Shown here in pieces: positions 42,335-51,789 of a DNA stretch of 64,000 bases. Within the stretch, counting starts at the first letter, position 1; the number at the start of each line of letters is the position of its first letter. The notes beneath the pieces were generated by a model, which had not been told where the DNA came from, made no database searches, and saw nothing but the letters and a program-made list of their open reading frames with translations. The DNA lies in the NCBI RefSeq assembly GCF_000142905.1, contig NW_013657633.1, forward strand, positions 45,154-109,153, written 5' to 3'. This stretch comes from Thecamonas trahens ATCC 50062. Its lineage: Eukaryota > Protista > Apusomonadida. The position numbers and the translations under genes are program-made.

Positions 42335-42932
42335 GCGTGGTCTTGCTCGGCTGGTGGCTGGTGGCGGGCGGCGGGTGGCATCGTTGCTTCGGCAGATGGC
42401 GGCCAACATGGATCGGCTGCAAGGAATGGCGATGGAGCTGGTGCGGAGCAAGCAAAAGACAAAGGCGCTGCTGGTGCTGAAGAAGAAAAAGGTGATCGTG
42501 TCAAACATGGAGAAGATCGAATCCATGCTCGACAACGTTCAGGAGCTCGTCGACTCGCTCGAGTTTGCCGCCCGCCAGGCAGAGGTCTTTGACTCGCTGC
42601 GGACCGGCGCCGACGCGCTCAAAGACATCAACGCCCAAATGGACATTGACGAAGTTGAGCGCATCATGGACGACACCCAGGAGGCCATCGAGTACCAGAA
42701 CGAACTCTCCAATGCCCTCGCAGGCATCCTCCAGCCCGGTGAAGAGGAGGATCTCGAGGCTGAGCTCGACGCGCTCATCCTGGATGAGGCCGCAGACATG
42801 CCGTCGGTGCCTGTCGCTGAGCCCGGCGCCGACGGCATCGAGGAGTACTCGTACGACTCGGACGTCGGCGTGGTTCCCGCCCGCTCGTCTGCTGCCCGCT
42901 CCTCGGGCCGAGTCGCCATGGAGGCCTCGTAG
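41880..42932 (+). CDS. VPS20: ESCRT-III subunit Vps20/CHMP6
   Basis: Myristoylation-type start MGGVFG and ITAHDRAVLDLKNQRDKL; intron 42021-42395; Snf7 core KALLVLKKKK…VERIMDDTQEAIEYQNE. Confidence 0.93.
42098..42341. repeat. (GTGGTC/GTGGGC)n hexamer array in the VPS20 intron
   Basis: About 40 hexamer units. Confidence 0.95.
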
Positions 42933-42956
42933 CTGGTGCAGTAAAGCACGTCGCGT

Positions 42957-44732
42957 TCAATGGCTCTGCAACACGTCGCTGACCACCGCGCCGCCAGCAA
43001 GCGTTACCACCCTGTCGACGCGCGCAATCGTAGCCGGATTGTGGGCAATAATGACAACGGTGGTGTCGGCAAACGAAGACTCGAGCACTCGCCCAATGGC
43101 AGCCTCGCCGTCAACGTCGAGATGGGTGGCGTACTCGTCGAGAATGAGGACTGCCGGGCGGAGGAGGAGCATCCGCGCCAGCGCCAGTCGCTGCCGCTGG
43201 CCGCCGGAGAGCGCGCTGGCCCGCGCGCCAAGCGGAGTGTGGATGCCCTGCGGGAGGGCGTCGACAACTCCGGCCATGCCCACCGCGTCAAGCGCAGCAA
43301 ACAGCTCGCTGTCGCTCGCGTCGGGCGCACCAAACCGCAGGTTCGCCGCCACGCTATCATGGTAGAGATAGACATCCTGCGAGAGCAGCGCCACCGACTG
43401 CGGCACCGAGGTGACATCAAACTCGCGCGCGTCGTCCCCGTCGTACATCACACGTCCGCGGCTCGGCTCGTACAGTCGCGCCAGCAAAAATGCCAGCGTC
43501 GACTTGCCTGCCCCGTTGGCGCCGACCAGCGCCACCGTCTGTCCGGGAGGGATGACGAGTGAAACGTCGCGGAGCGCCCAGTTGGTATCTTCGTCGCCGC
43601 CCCCGCCGTCGCTGCTGCTGCCGCCGTCGATGAGCACCTCGTCGCGAGTTGGGTACGCGAACCAGAGGCTGTCGGCGGTGAGCTCGCCGGAGAACGAGTC
43701 GAGGCTTCGGAGGCCGCGGCCAGCCTGCGCCTGCGCCTGCGCCTCGGTCTGCAGATCGAGGTAGGCAAAGACCTTGCGAAAGCAAGCCGCCGCCGTCGCC
43801 AGCTGAATGTTGACCGTGGTGAGGTTGGAGAGCGGGCCGATGAGCTTGTTGAGGTAGCCCGAGAACGAGAGAATGGTGCCGGCCGTGAGCGTGTTGGTGA
43901 ACATGACAGACGACGAGAGCGCAAACACAATGCCGGTCCCGACCGAGACTGTCGCGCCAAGAACTGTGTAGAAGACGGTTTGCTGGACGCGGGCCGAGAC
44001 CCGCGACTGGGCCAGCTTGGCCGACGCCGAGTCAAAGACCGCCGACGCCGCCGCGCCGCGGCCGGCAGCTTTGAGCGCCGCAAAGCCGTCGACGTCAAAC
44101 GAGTCTGCCAGCGCGTTGTTCATCTCCGCGCCCGCCGCAAGTCCCTCCAGCCGCAGTCCGATGAGCCGCTTGCCCCACACAGTGGCAGGAATGAGGAAGA
44201 GCGGAAGGACGCCACCAGCCACCAGCGCCAGCCGCGGCTCGAGCGAGATGAGCCGCCAGACTGCAAAGCCGGCCAGCAGGACCTGGTACACAATGTCCGG
44301 CAGTGCCGAAGAGAGCGAAGCCTGTGCGCCGGCCAGTTGGTTGTTGAACAGGCTCATCAGTTCGCCCGCCTTGTTGTGGGTGAAGAAGCCGAGCGGGAGG
44401 CCGAGGAGATGATCATGAAGCCGCGATCGGAGATGAGCAGCGATGGCCTCGCCCACATCAGCCGCCACATACGCCCGCATGACCGAGAGCACCGCCGAGA
44501 GTGCCGACCATCCCGCAAATGTCAGCGCAGTCGTGACCAACTCGGTCGGATCGCCAGCCTGAGCTGCAGGCAGTGCCTTGTCCGTCAGTCGAGCGTAGAG
44601 CCCTGGCAGAGCTGCGTCGATGTACGCCATGCCCACAAGCAGCGCAGTGAGGAGGACAAACCGGGACCGCCACCCATCACACAGTACAAGTACGCGTCGT
44701 GCCACTGCCCAGCCGCTGGTCTCCTTGGCCAT
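42957..44732 (-). CDS. ABCB-type half ABC exporter (TMD-NBD)
   Basis: Six-TM domain, Walker A GANGAGKST, signature LSGGQRQRLALAR, Walker B LILDE and H-loop IIAH. Confidence 0.92.
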   Translation of the reverse strand: MAKETSGWAVARRVLVLCDGWRSRFVLLTALLVGMAYIDAALPGLYARLTDKALPAAQAGDPTELVTTALTFAGWSALSAVLSVMRAYVAADVGEAIAAHLRSRLHDHLLGLPLGFFTHNKAGELMSLFNNQLAGAQASLSSALPDIVYQVLLAGFAVWRLISLEPRLALVAGGVLPLFLIPATVWGKRLIGLRLEGLAAGAEMNNALADSFDVDGFAALKAAGRGAAASAVFDSASAKLAQSRVSARVQQTVFYTVLGATVSVGTGIVFALSSSVMFTNTLTAGTILSFSGYLNKLIGPLSNLTTVNIQLATAAACFRKVFAYLDLQTEAQAQAQAGRGLRSLDSFSGELTADSLWFAYPTRDEVLIDGGSSSDGGGGDEDTNWALRDVSLVIPPGQTVALVGANGAGKSTLAFLLARLYEPSRGRVMYDGDDAREFDVTSVPQSVALLSQDVYLYHDSVAANLRFGAPDASDSELFAALDAVGMAGVVDALPQGIHTPLGARASALSGGQRQRLALARMLLLRPAVLILDEYATHLDVDGEAAIGRVLESSFADTTVVIIAHNPATIARVDRVVTLAGGAVVSDVLQSH

Positions 44733-45077
44733 GATGGAGGTGGTGGGGGAGGGGGGGGGGGGGGGGGTGACGTGGTAGCCAGTACCAGTGCCTGTCGGCG
44801 TGGGTGAGGACTGAGGGCTAAGGGCTGAGGGGTGAGGGCTGTGGCTGCTGTCTCTGTACGACCTGGTCAGATACTGTCAGTGCGGCCATTGTCCCTTGTC
44901 AAACTATGGAGAGTATTGCAGGTGGTAGTGGACGAGGAGTTCCGACAGGATGTGTCGGTCCGGCTGCTGTGGCTACGATCATGTCATGGCTTGTCTGTTG
45001 GCTAGTGGCGGTGGTGGTGGCGGTGGCGGCTGTCGCCGCCGGTTGCCGGCTGTCACTTGGCACTCGTCCCTGTGGAC

Positions 45078-48000
45078 ATGGCCGACATGGGCGCGGGGGG
45101 GAGGGTACCAGTCACACCGCCAGCAGCAGGCGCACCAGAGACAGAGCTCATTCCTGCTGACGAGTTTGCCGCGATAGAAGCTGCGCTGATGGCGGTGGGC
45201 GAGCAGGAACAGCGGCAGCCGCCGCCACCGCCACAGCAGCCAAAGCCTCGGCCGCCGCCGCTGCAAAGTACGACCTTTTTGGGACACTCGTCACCATGGG
45301 ACAACTGGGAGTCAACAGCCGCATATGCGCAGTCAATCTGCCCGCCGCCCACGCCTATGCACACTGGGTGGTTTCCGCTCGCTCCGTTTGTGGCCAAACA
45401 TCTCGCCCCGTCTGCCGATCGGAACGGCCGGGCCCAGTGCGTGACTCTGCGGGTGGCAGAGCGCGACGATCTGGGACTACGGTTCAAGCTCATCGCTGGC
45501 TACGACGCCAATCTGGTGGCGTTCTGCAAGTTTATCGACGGTCGTACCTACGAAGCTGCAGACAAGTCGTGGTCGTTTCCGCTCCCGGCCTACACCTACG
45601 TCGCCGCTTACCTTCGGACCGAGCTCTGTCCAGCCATCAACGCCGATTTCGACGATCTCGTCACCGGCCCCCGCCGCTCCCACCCGAGCTAGTCGCCGCA
45701 AAGTCGGCCTACGAAGCCAAGGCTGTTGACTGGTCACGGGTGCCCGAGCCGCTGCGCTCGGTGCTGCTTCCGTTCCAGCGCGACGGTGTCGAGTATGTTG
45801 TCCGCCGTGACGGCCGCGCGCTCATAGGCGACGAGATGGGTCTTGGGAAGGGCGGCCGCCCGTCCGACTCTGTCCTAACGCCTTCTGGCTGGCGCAGATA
45901 TGACGCGCTTGCACTCGGCGACAATGTCATCGGCTCGTCTGGCGCGCCGGTGGCCGTCACTGGCATCTTCCATCGCGGCGTCCTCGACCTTTTCAGAGTT
46001 GTATTTCACGACGGCGGCGCCGTCGTCGTCGACGGTGATCACCTGTGGGCGCTGGTTGGCCCGGCCCCAAGTGTGGTGTCCACCCGTGAGCTGGCCGCTG
46101 CGGTCACCGCCGGGTGTGACCTCGCCATTCCGGTCCTCTCAGGCCCGGCGCAGTTTACTCCGAGCACCGCCCGCAGCCCGCGTGATCTGGCGAGAGCGCT
46201 CCTGGATGAGGCAAGCCCATCGCGTCGCACGTCACACGCCGCGCTGTTTGCCAGCGTGGAGACCCGGACCGCGGTCTTGGGCGCGCTCGGGCTCGCCGGG
46301 AGCGGCGCATCAATGGCTACGCTGCCGACCGCAGCCGGCGCACGCGCCGCCGCAGACATCGCACTCTCGCTCGGCCGCCTCGCAGGCATCCACCCGCCGA
46401 TCAAGCCGGACTCTTGTTGGCACGTCTGGGTGGCTCCTGCTACCTGCCGTGCCCGGCCGGTGGCGCGAGTCGAGCGCTGCGGATCTGGGCCCACCATCTG
46501 TATCCGGGTTTCTGCTCCCGACGCGCTGTACGTCACCGAGGCCTTTGCCGTCACCCACAACACGCTGCAGGGTATTGCGGTGGCGAGCTACTACTCGGCT
46601 GAGTGGCCTGCACTGGTCATCGTCCCGCCGTCGCTCAAAGATGTGTGGGCCGAGGCGCTGATCAAGTGGCATCCGCACTTGAACGAGTTCAACGTGACGG
46701 TTGTGCGGAAGCGGGGCGATAGCCTCGGCTCGAGCAGCAACGGCGTGACAGTCATGTCCTACGACGCCGTCCGCCACAAGATCGACGAGATGGCCGTCGC
46801 TGCGCCGCGGGTAGTCGTTCTCGACGAGTCGCAGTACATTAAGAACGCGTCGGCGCAGCGGACCCGGCTCCTGCTCCCGTACCTGACCCGAACCGCGTCG
46901 CGGGTCATCCTGCTGTCAGGCACGCCTGCACTCTCGCGGCCGCGCGAGCTGTTTACCCAGATCGCGGCCGTGGCGCCGCGGCTCTTTCCGTCGTACGACG
47001 CGTTTGCGCAGCGGTACTGCGGTGGTGTACCCAACGCTTGGGGCCAGTACAACGGCGCATCACACCTCGCCGAGCTGGCCCAAGTCCTCGGCGTCCACGT
47101 CCTCGTCCGCAGAGTCAAGAAGGAGGTGCTCGCCGAGCTGCCGGCCAAGCGGCGGCAGCTGGTCCACATTGTTCCGGCACAGCAGCAGCTGGCATCACTG
47201 CTTCGGGCCCGCGACGGGCTCAATGCCTCGTCCAGCGCCACCAACCGCGAAGAGCGCGATGAGGCCATGACCTTGTTCTACACCGCGACGGCCATGGCCA
47301 AAATCAAGCCGGTCTCGCGGTTTGTGGCCGACCTTGTCCGCGGCAATGTCAAGTTTCTCGTCTTTGCCCACCACGCGCTCATGCTCGACGCGCTCGCCGA
47401 GACCATCTCCTCGCTCGGCGCACGGTACATCCGGATCGATGCATCGGTCGACGCCGACAAGCGGCTGCCGCTGGTCAAGCTCTTTCAGACTGACCAGAAC
47501 ATCCAAGTGGCGCTCCTTTCGCTCACAGCCGCCTCGGCTGGGCTCACCCTCACAGCCGCCTCGCACGTGGTCTTTGCCGAGCTCCATTGGACGCCTGGCA
47601 TGCTGCTGCAGGCCGAGGACCGCGTCCACCGCATCGGGCAAAGTACCCGGTCAACATACAGTATCTAGTCTGCCGAGAGTCGCTCGACGTGTCGATGTGG
47701 TCCTCGCTGGTCGCCAAGCTGTACAACCTGTCCAAGCTCGGCCTCGCCGATGACGAGCTGTCGTTCTCGAGTTCCGCGCTCCCGCCAGGCTCCGCTCCAG
47801 CGCCGGCCCGCGCCCGCGTCGCACCCAGTGAGGCCATCGCCACCGCCGACACGCCAGCCACCGCTGTCCGCAAGCTCAAGCGGACGCGGAAGAAAGCCAA
47901 GACCAGGCGCATCGGCGACGTTTCAGCCGCCAGGCTTCCGCCGGCGCGCTGCGCCCGTGCGCGCTCGCCCACAAGGCTCTTCGCCGAAGACTTTGAGCTG

Positions 48001-48135
48001 TCGTCCGACACCGATGATGGCCCACCGCCGCCCGCCAAGCGTCCTCGCCCCACAGCATCCGCAGCAGGTCGGCTGCCGCATGCCCCGGCTCGCTCTGCCG
48101 GCCCATCACCCCCTACCGTGTCCAAGTACTTTTGA
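45078..48135 (+). CDS. SMARCAL1: SMARCAL1-like SNF2 annealing helicase, interrupted by an intein
   Basis: HARP-like domain (GYDANLVAFCKFIDGRTYEAADKSWSFPL), LLPFQRDGV, IGDEMGLGK/TLQGI, VLDESQYIKN, LLSGTPALSRPRELF, KFLVFAHH and LLQAEDRVHRIGQ. Frame breaks at ~45670 and ~47641. Confidence 0.88.
45851..46561 (+). mobile_element. Class 3-type intein, 237 aa, with decayed homing endonuclease remnant
   Basis: In-frame insertion between GLGK and TLQ. Block A GGRPSDSVLTPSGW, block B DGDHLW, block F PTICIRVSAPDALYVT, block G VTHN/T. Confidence 0.93.
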
Positions 48136-48474
48136 TGCGGCGCTGCAGCGCCTCCCATCCCCCGCCGCCATCCGCAAGCAAACCCAAGGCTGATGAAAAT
48201 GCCATCCCTCCCCCCCCCCCACCCACACACACAATATATACATATATACATGTGTGTGTGTGTATGAAAACACGCACGGTCGGCGCCAATGCCCTTTAGT
48301 GCGCGCGCGGTGCGTATTTGCGGTCGTCGTGCCAGGAACCCGCCAGTGACCGCCGGGGCTGGGCTTTCGGCGGGCGGATTGGCGCCAAGTCGGTTGCACA
48401 GGTAGAGGACCGACGACGGCAGCAGAGGCAGTGGCAGCGAGGCAGGGGCAGCAGCACTTGACGCCGTGCGGGCC

Positions 48475-49311
48475 ATGTCGAACCACAACCCTGCCCTGCT
48501 CGATGACGAGTTCTACCAGCACCTGCGGTCGCTTGAGGCTGTGTATGTGCAGCGGCAGAGCGCTGTGCAGGGCGAGTGTGAGCGGCTGCGGCAGCACGCC
48601 GAGTCGGTCGAGTCAGAGCTGGCGGCGGCGCGGCGACGGATCCGGGAGCTGGAAGTGGCCTTTGAGGAGGCACTGAACGAGAACCAGGCGCTGGTTGACT
48701 CGCGCAACGCCGCCATGGACAAGTACAACCAGCTCCGCGGCGCAACCATGCATCTGGAGCAGTTCAAGGCCGCCATCACAAACATGGTGGCCGACTCGGC
48801 GGTCGCGCCGCAGGCCTCCCAACACGCCCCGCGCGCACCACCGGCCGCTGCCGCCGCAGCCTCCGCCGGCAGCCTCCACAACGCATCTGCCGATCATCTC
48901 CCGCCGCGGCCGTACCCGGCGGGCGCCGGATCGTCGTTTATGTCTGGATCGTACGCTCCGCACTCGGCGGCGTCGCCCATGCAGCCCTCGCCGTACGGGC
49001 AGCAGGCACACTCCTCGCCGTCACCGGCGCGACAGGACGAAGAGGAAATTGATGCTGCTGCCTTTTACCGTAAGGTCAAGGCTGCGGTCTCGCCGGAAGA
49101 GTTCAAGACCTTTGCCGCCAACATCCGCCGGCTCAACAAGGGCGAGCAGTCGATCGAGGACACACTCGACAGCATGCGCGGTGTCCTGCGCGACCCGGAG
49201 CTCTTTGCCCAGCTCCACACACTCATCCGACAGGCCGTTCTCGCTGCCGCTCGTGAAGCATCATCGGTCGGCGTCTCGCAGATCTCCATGGACAGCTCAC
49301 GCATCTCATAG
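48475..49311 (+). CDS. Coiled-coil protein with At4g15545-like C-terminal helical domain
   Basis: N-terminal coiled coil ending LEQFKAAI, a low-complexity linker, then IDAAAFYRKVKAAVSPEEFKTFAANIRRLNKGEQSIEDTL. Confidence 0.7.
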   Translation: MSNHNPALLDDEFYQHLRSLEAVYVQRQSAVQGECERLRQHAESVESELAAARRRIRELEVAFEEALNENQALVDSRNAAMDKYNQLRGATMHLEQFKAAITNMVADSAVAPQASQHAPRAPPAAAAAASAGSLHNASADHLPPRPYPAGAGSSFMSGSYAPHSAASPMQPSPYGQQAHSSPSPARQDEEEIDAAAFYRKVKAAVSPEEFKTFAANIRRLNKGEQSIEDTLDSMRGVLRDPELFAQLHTLIRQAVLAAAREASSVGVSQISMDSSRIS

Positions 49312-49328
49312 TAGTTCCTTGCCCTGTT

Positions 49329-50274
49329 TTACGCCTCGGCCGGCTTGGCCATGTTCACAAACGCGCCATCGGTAGCCCGCGTCGCCAGCCACGAGTCACT
49401 GACAGCCTCCATGTTGAGCGGGCCGTAGATGTGTGGGAAGAGGACGGTCTCCAGCTCGGCCGGCGAGTCGGTCTCGCCCACCGGCGCCGGCGCCTCAAAC
49501 ACCACCTCAGCCGAGCACTTGTCCACATCTAGCTGGAGGACAACAATCGGCTCGGCGATGCCGATCAGAAACCGGTTGGCCACCGTCAGCATGGTGTCCA
49601 GCTCCGAGGTGCAGTGGATGAAGCCGCCGTCTGTGAAAGGAGGATCGTCGTGGTGAGTGACTGAGCGGGCGCAGGGCCCCACGGATACGCAGCACTTTTG
49701 AACACAATTGTGGACATGCCCATGCCCATGAACATGGGCATACCAGATCATATGTCCACCCAGTTCGTGCCCCTCCCGCCCGACATCAGCCGACATCAGC
49801 CGACATCAGCCATATCAGCCGACATCAGCCGACAATCAGCCGTCGGCACAGACGCATCGCACTCGCCATGCAGCGCATCTGCAGCTCATCCGTCTGTGCG
49901 CAGCACAACACACAAGGCATCTACACCTGTTCTCTCCATCGATCGACAAGTGCGTGTGGGGGGGAGGCCGATGGCATGAGGGGTGGCAGCATTGAGCACA
50001 GATGCATGGGCTGAGCAGAGGAGTGGCCAGGCGGGAGGNNNNNNNNNNNNNNNNNNNNNNNNNNNNNNNNNNNNNNNNNNNNNNNNNNNNNNNNNNNNNN
50101 NNNNNNNNNNNNNNNNNNNNNNNNNNNNNNNNNNNNNNGGGGGGGGGGGGGGGATGGAGATGGATGCGCACCGGCGTCAAAGGTGGGCGGCTTGTAGCCC
50201 TCTGTGGACGTTGCCTGCCATGCCTGCCATGCAGACTGCGGCATCATGTGGTAGATGGTGCTGGGATTGGCCAT
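49329..50274 (-). CDS. DUF952 family protein
   Basis: Exon 1 MANPSTIYHM…W…YKPPTFDA, intron 50171-49631 (contains the N gap), exon 2 DGGFIHCT…ANRF…FPHIYGPLNMEAV. Confidence 0.85.
50039..50138. other. Assembly gap (100 N)
   Basis: Run of N. Confidence 0.99.
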
Positions 50275-50468
50275 GGCTGCGGACAGAGTTGAGTGAGTCG
50301 GACTGTGGACAGAGGGTGTGGCGCACGAGCCGGGCGCACGAGCCGGGCGTACGAGTTGGGCGTACGAGCCAGGCGTACGAGCATGGCGTATCCAAGTGCG
50401 GAACACTCTGATTGCCCCGATGGCCCGCCCCGAGGACCCGCCCCGATCGGTTGTCCCCATCTCCATGG

Positions 50469-50568
50469 CCACCACCACCACCACCACCACCACCACCACC
50501 ACCACCACCACCACCACCACCACCACCACCACCACCACCACCACCACCACCACCACCACCACCACCAC
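50469..50568. repeat. (CAC)n microsatellite in a divergent intergenic region
   Basis: About 33 CAC units. Confidence 0.95.
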
Positions 50569-50592
50569 CCCACGCCCCCGCACCTCTTTGCC

Positions 50593-51552
50593 ATGGCAAG
50601 CGAGCCGCCCGCATTCAGCTACTTCCTCCAGTCCGATACCCTCTCCTGTGCAGACGGAGTCTCTGTCCCGGTCACCGCCCTTGCCGAGCTGACACCTGTG
50701 CCTGCTGCGGCAGTGGCCGAGCAGAGCGTCGCCAAGTCGTCGTCAGACGCCGGGGCGTGGTGGGCCACAGCCGTCCTCCCGCGGAGCACCATCCTCGAGG
50801 CCAGATCGCACATCCTTCACAGACTGGCTGTCGCAGGTGTTGTTGATGCTGCCGCAGGTGGCCCGCTGACCGGATCGCTGGCAGCTGGCGCCGACGAAGC
50901 CGCCGCAGCTGCCATCATGGCCGATACCGCCGAGACCCTGCCTGTCGCCAACGTTGTCTTTGCTCGCGCGCTCTGGCAGCTCGCTGCCGATGCTCTCGGT
51001 GTTGGCATCGACGATGTCGTCGCTCTGCCCGAACGCGAGTACGACATCGGCGCCGTCCCGCGCTGGTCCTTTGAGGGCGGGTGCGCTGCTCCTGGCGAGC
51101 CGCAGGCGCCGGCAGACGGTGGGATCCGGATGTGGATCCCACTGGGAAACGTTGCTCCACATCAGGGCGCGGTGCTTGTTGCCGCCGAGCCGGACAACTG
51201 CGGCGCTGGCTGGCTCTCAGCCTCGTTCGACATGGGCGATGTCGTCGTCCTCTCCTCAGCCGCCAAGGCCACTCGCGCCGCCAACACCACCGGACGGGCC
51301 TGTCTCTCGCTTGTTCTCTGCTTTGCCACCCGCGTCTCGCTCGGTGACGCCCCGCTGATGGTCATCGACGCCGATGTCGCCGCCTCGCTCCTTGACGACG
51401 CCATCGCCGCCGCCCGCGCCGCCGCCGCTGCCGACCTCTCCTCTGACGACGACCTCCCCGTTCGCCCTGGTGACTTTTCCTCCTCTGACGACGATACCCC
51501 GCTCATCGCACCGGGCTCAGCCATGTCCGGCGCACGAAGGCTGTTCGAGTGA
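50593..51552 (+). CDS. Hypothetical protein with degenerate PhyH-like (2OG-Fe(II) dioxygenase) fold
   Basis: RMWIPLGNVAPHQGAVLV…WLSASFDMGDVVVL…ANTTGRACLS resembles the PhyH beta-strands, but no metal ligands are evident. Confidence 0.5.
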   Translation: MASEPPAFSYFLQSDTLSCADGVSVPVTALAELTPVPAAAVAEQSVAKSSSDAGAWWATAVLPRSTILEARSHILHRLAVAGVVDAAAGGPLTGSLAAGADEAAAAAIMADTAETLPVANVVFARALWQLAADALGVGIDDVVALPEREYDIGAVPRWSFEGGCAAPGEPQAPADGGIRMWIPLGNVAPHQGAVLVAAEPDNCGAGWLSASFDMGDVVVLSSAAKATRAANTTGRACLSLVLCFATRVSLGDAPLMVIDADVAASLLDDAIAAARAAAAADLSSDDDLPVRPGDFSSSDDDTPLIAPGSAMSGARRLFE

Positions 51553-51789
51553 TCGGCCGCCACCACCGCCGACCCACCGCCATCGCCACCGCCATCGCCT
51601 TCAATCCGATCCGCACCTGCCCTAAACACCCCCCTCGCCCCCCTCGCCGCAGACCCGGTCCCTGTGGCCCCTCCCTTCACCGCCGTCTAGCTTCGGCACC
51701 GACATCTGCATCGCAGCGGCAGTGGTGCCGACTCGCGGCACAGGCACACGGACGAGGAGAACGACCACGACCACCACCCCTCCAGCACC

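Noticed and set aside
41763-42592. Poly-T/V, (HD)n, (RP)n and (WS)n ORFs, plus poly-H/P/G/W ORFs near 50200-50850 and poly-L/S/C ORFs near 1150-1760
   Set aside because: They are translations of microsatellites in introns or spacers.
45296-45670. ORF-track N-terminus of the helicase
   Set aside because: The HARP-like domain is in the 45057 frame, so this stretch is a shadow reading.
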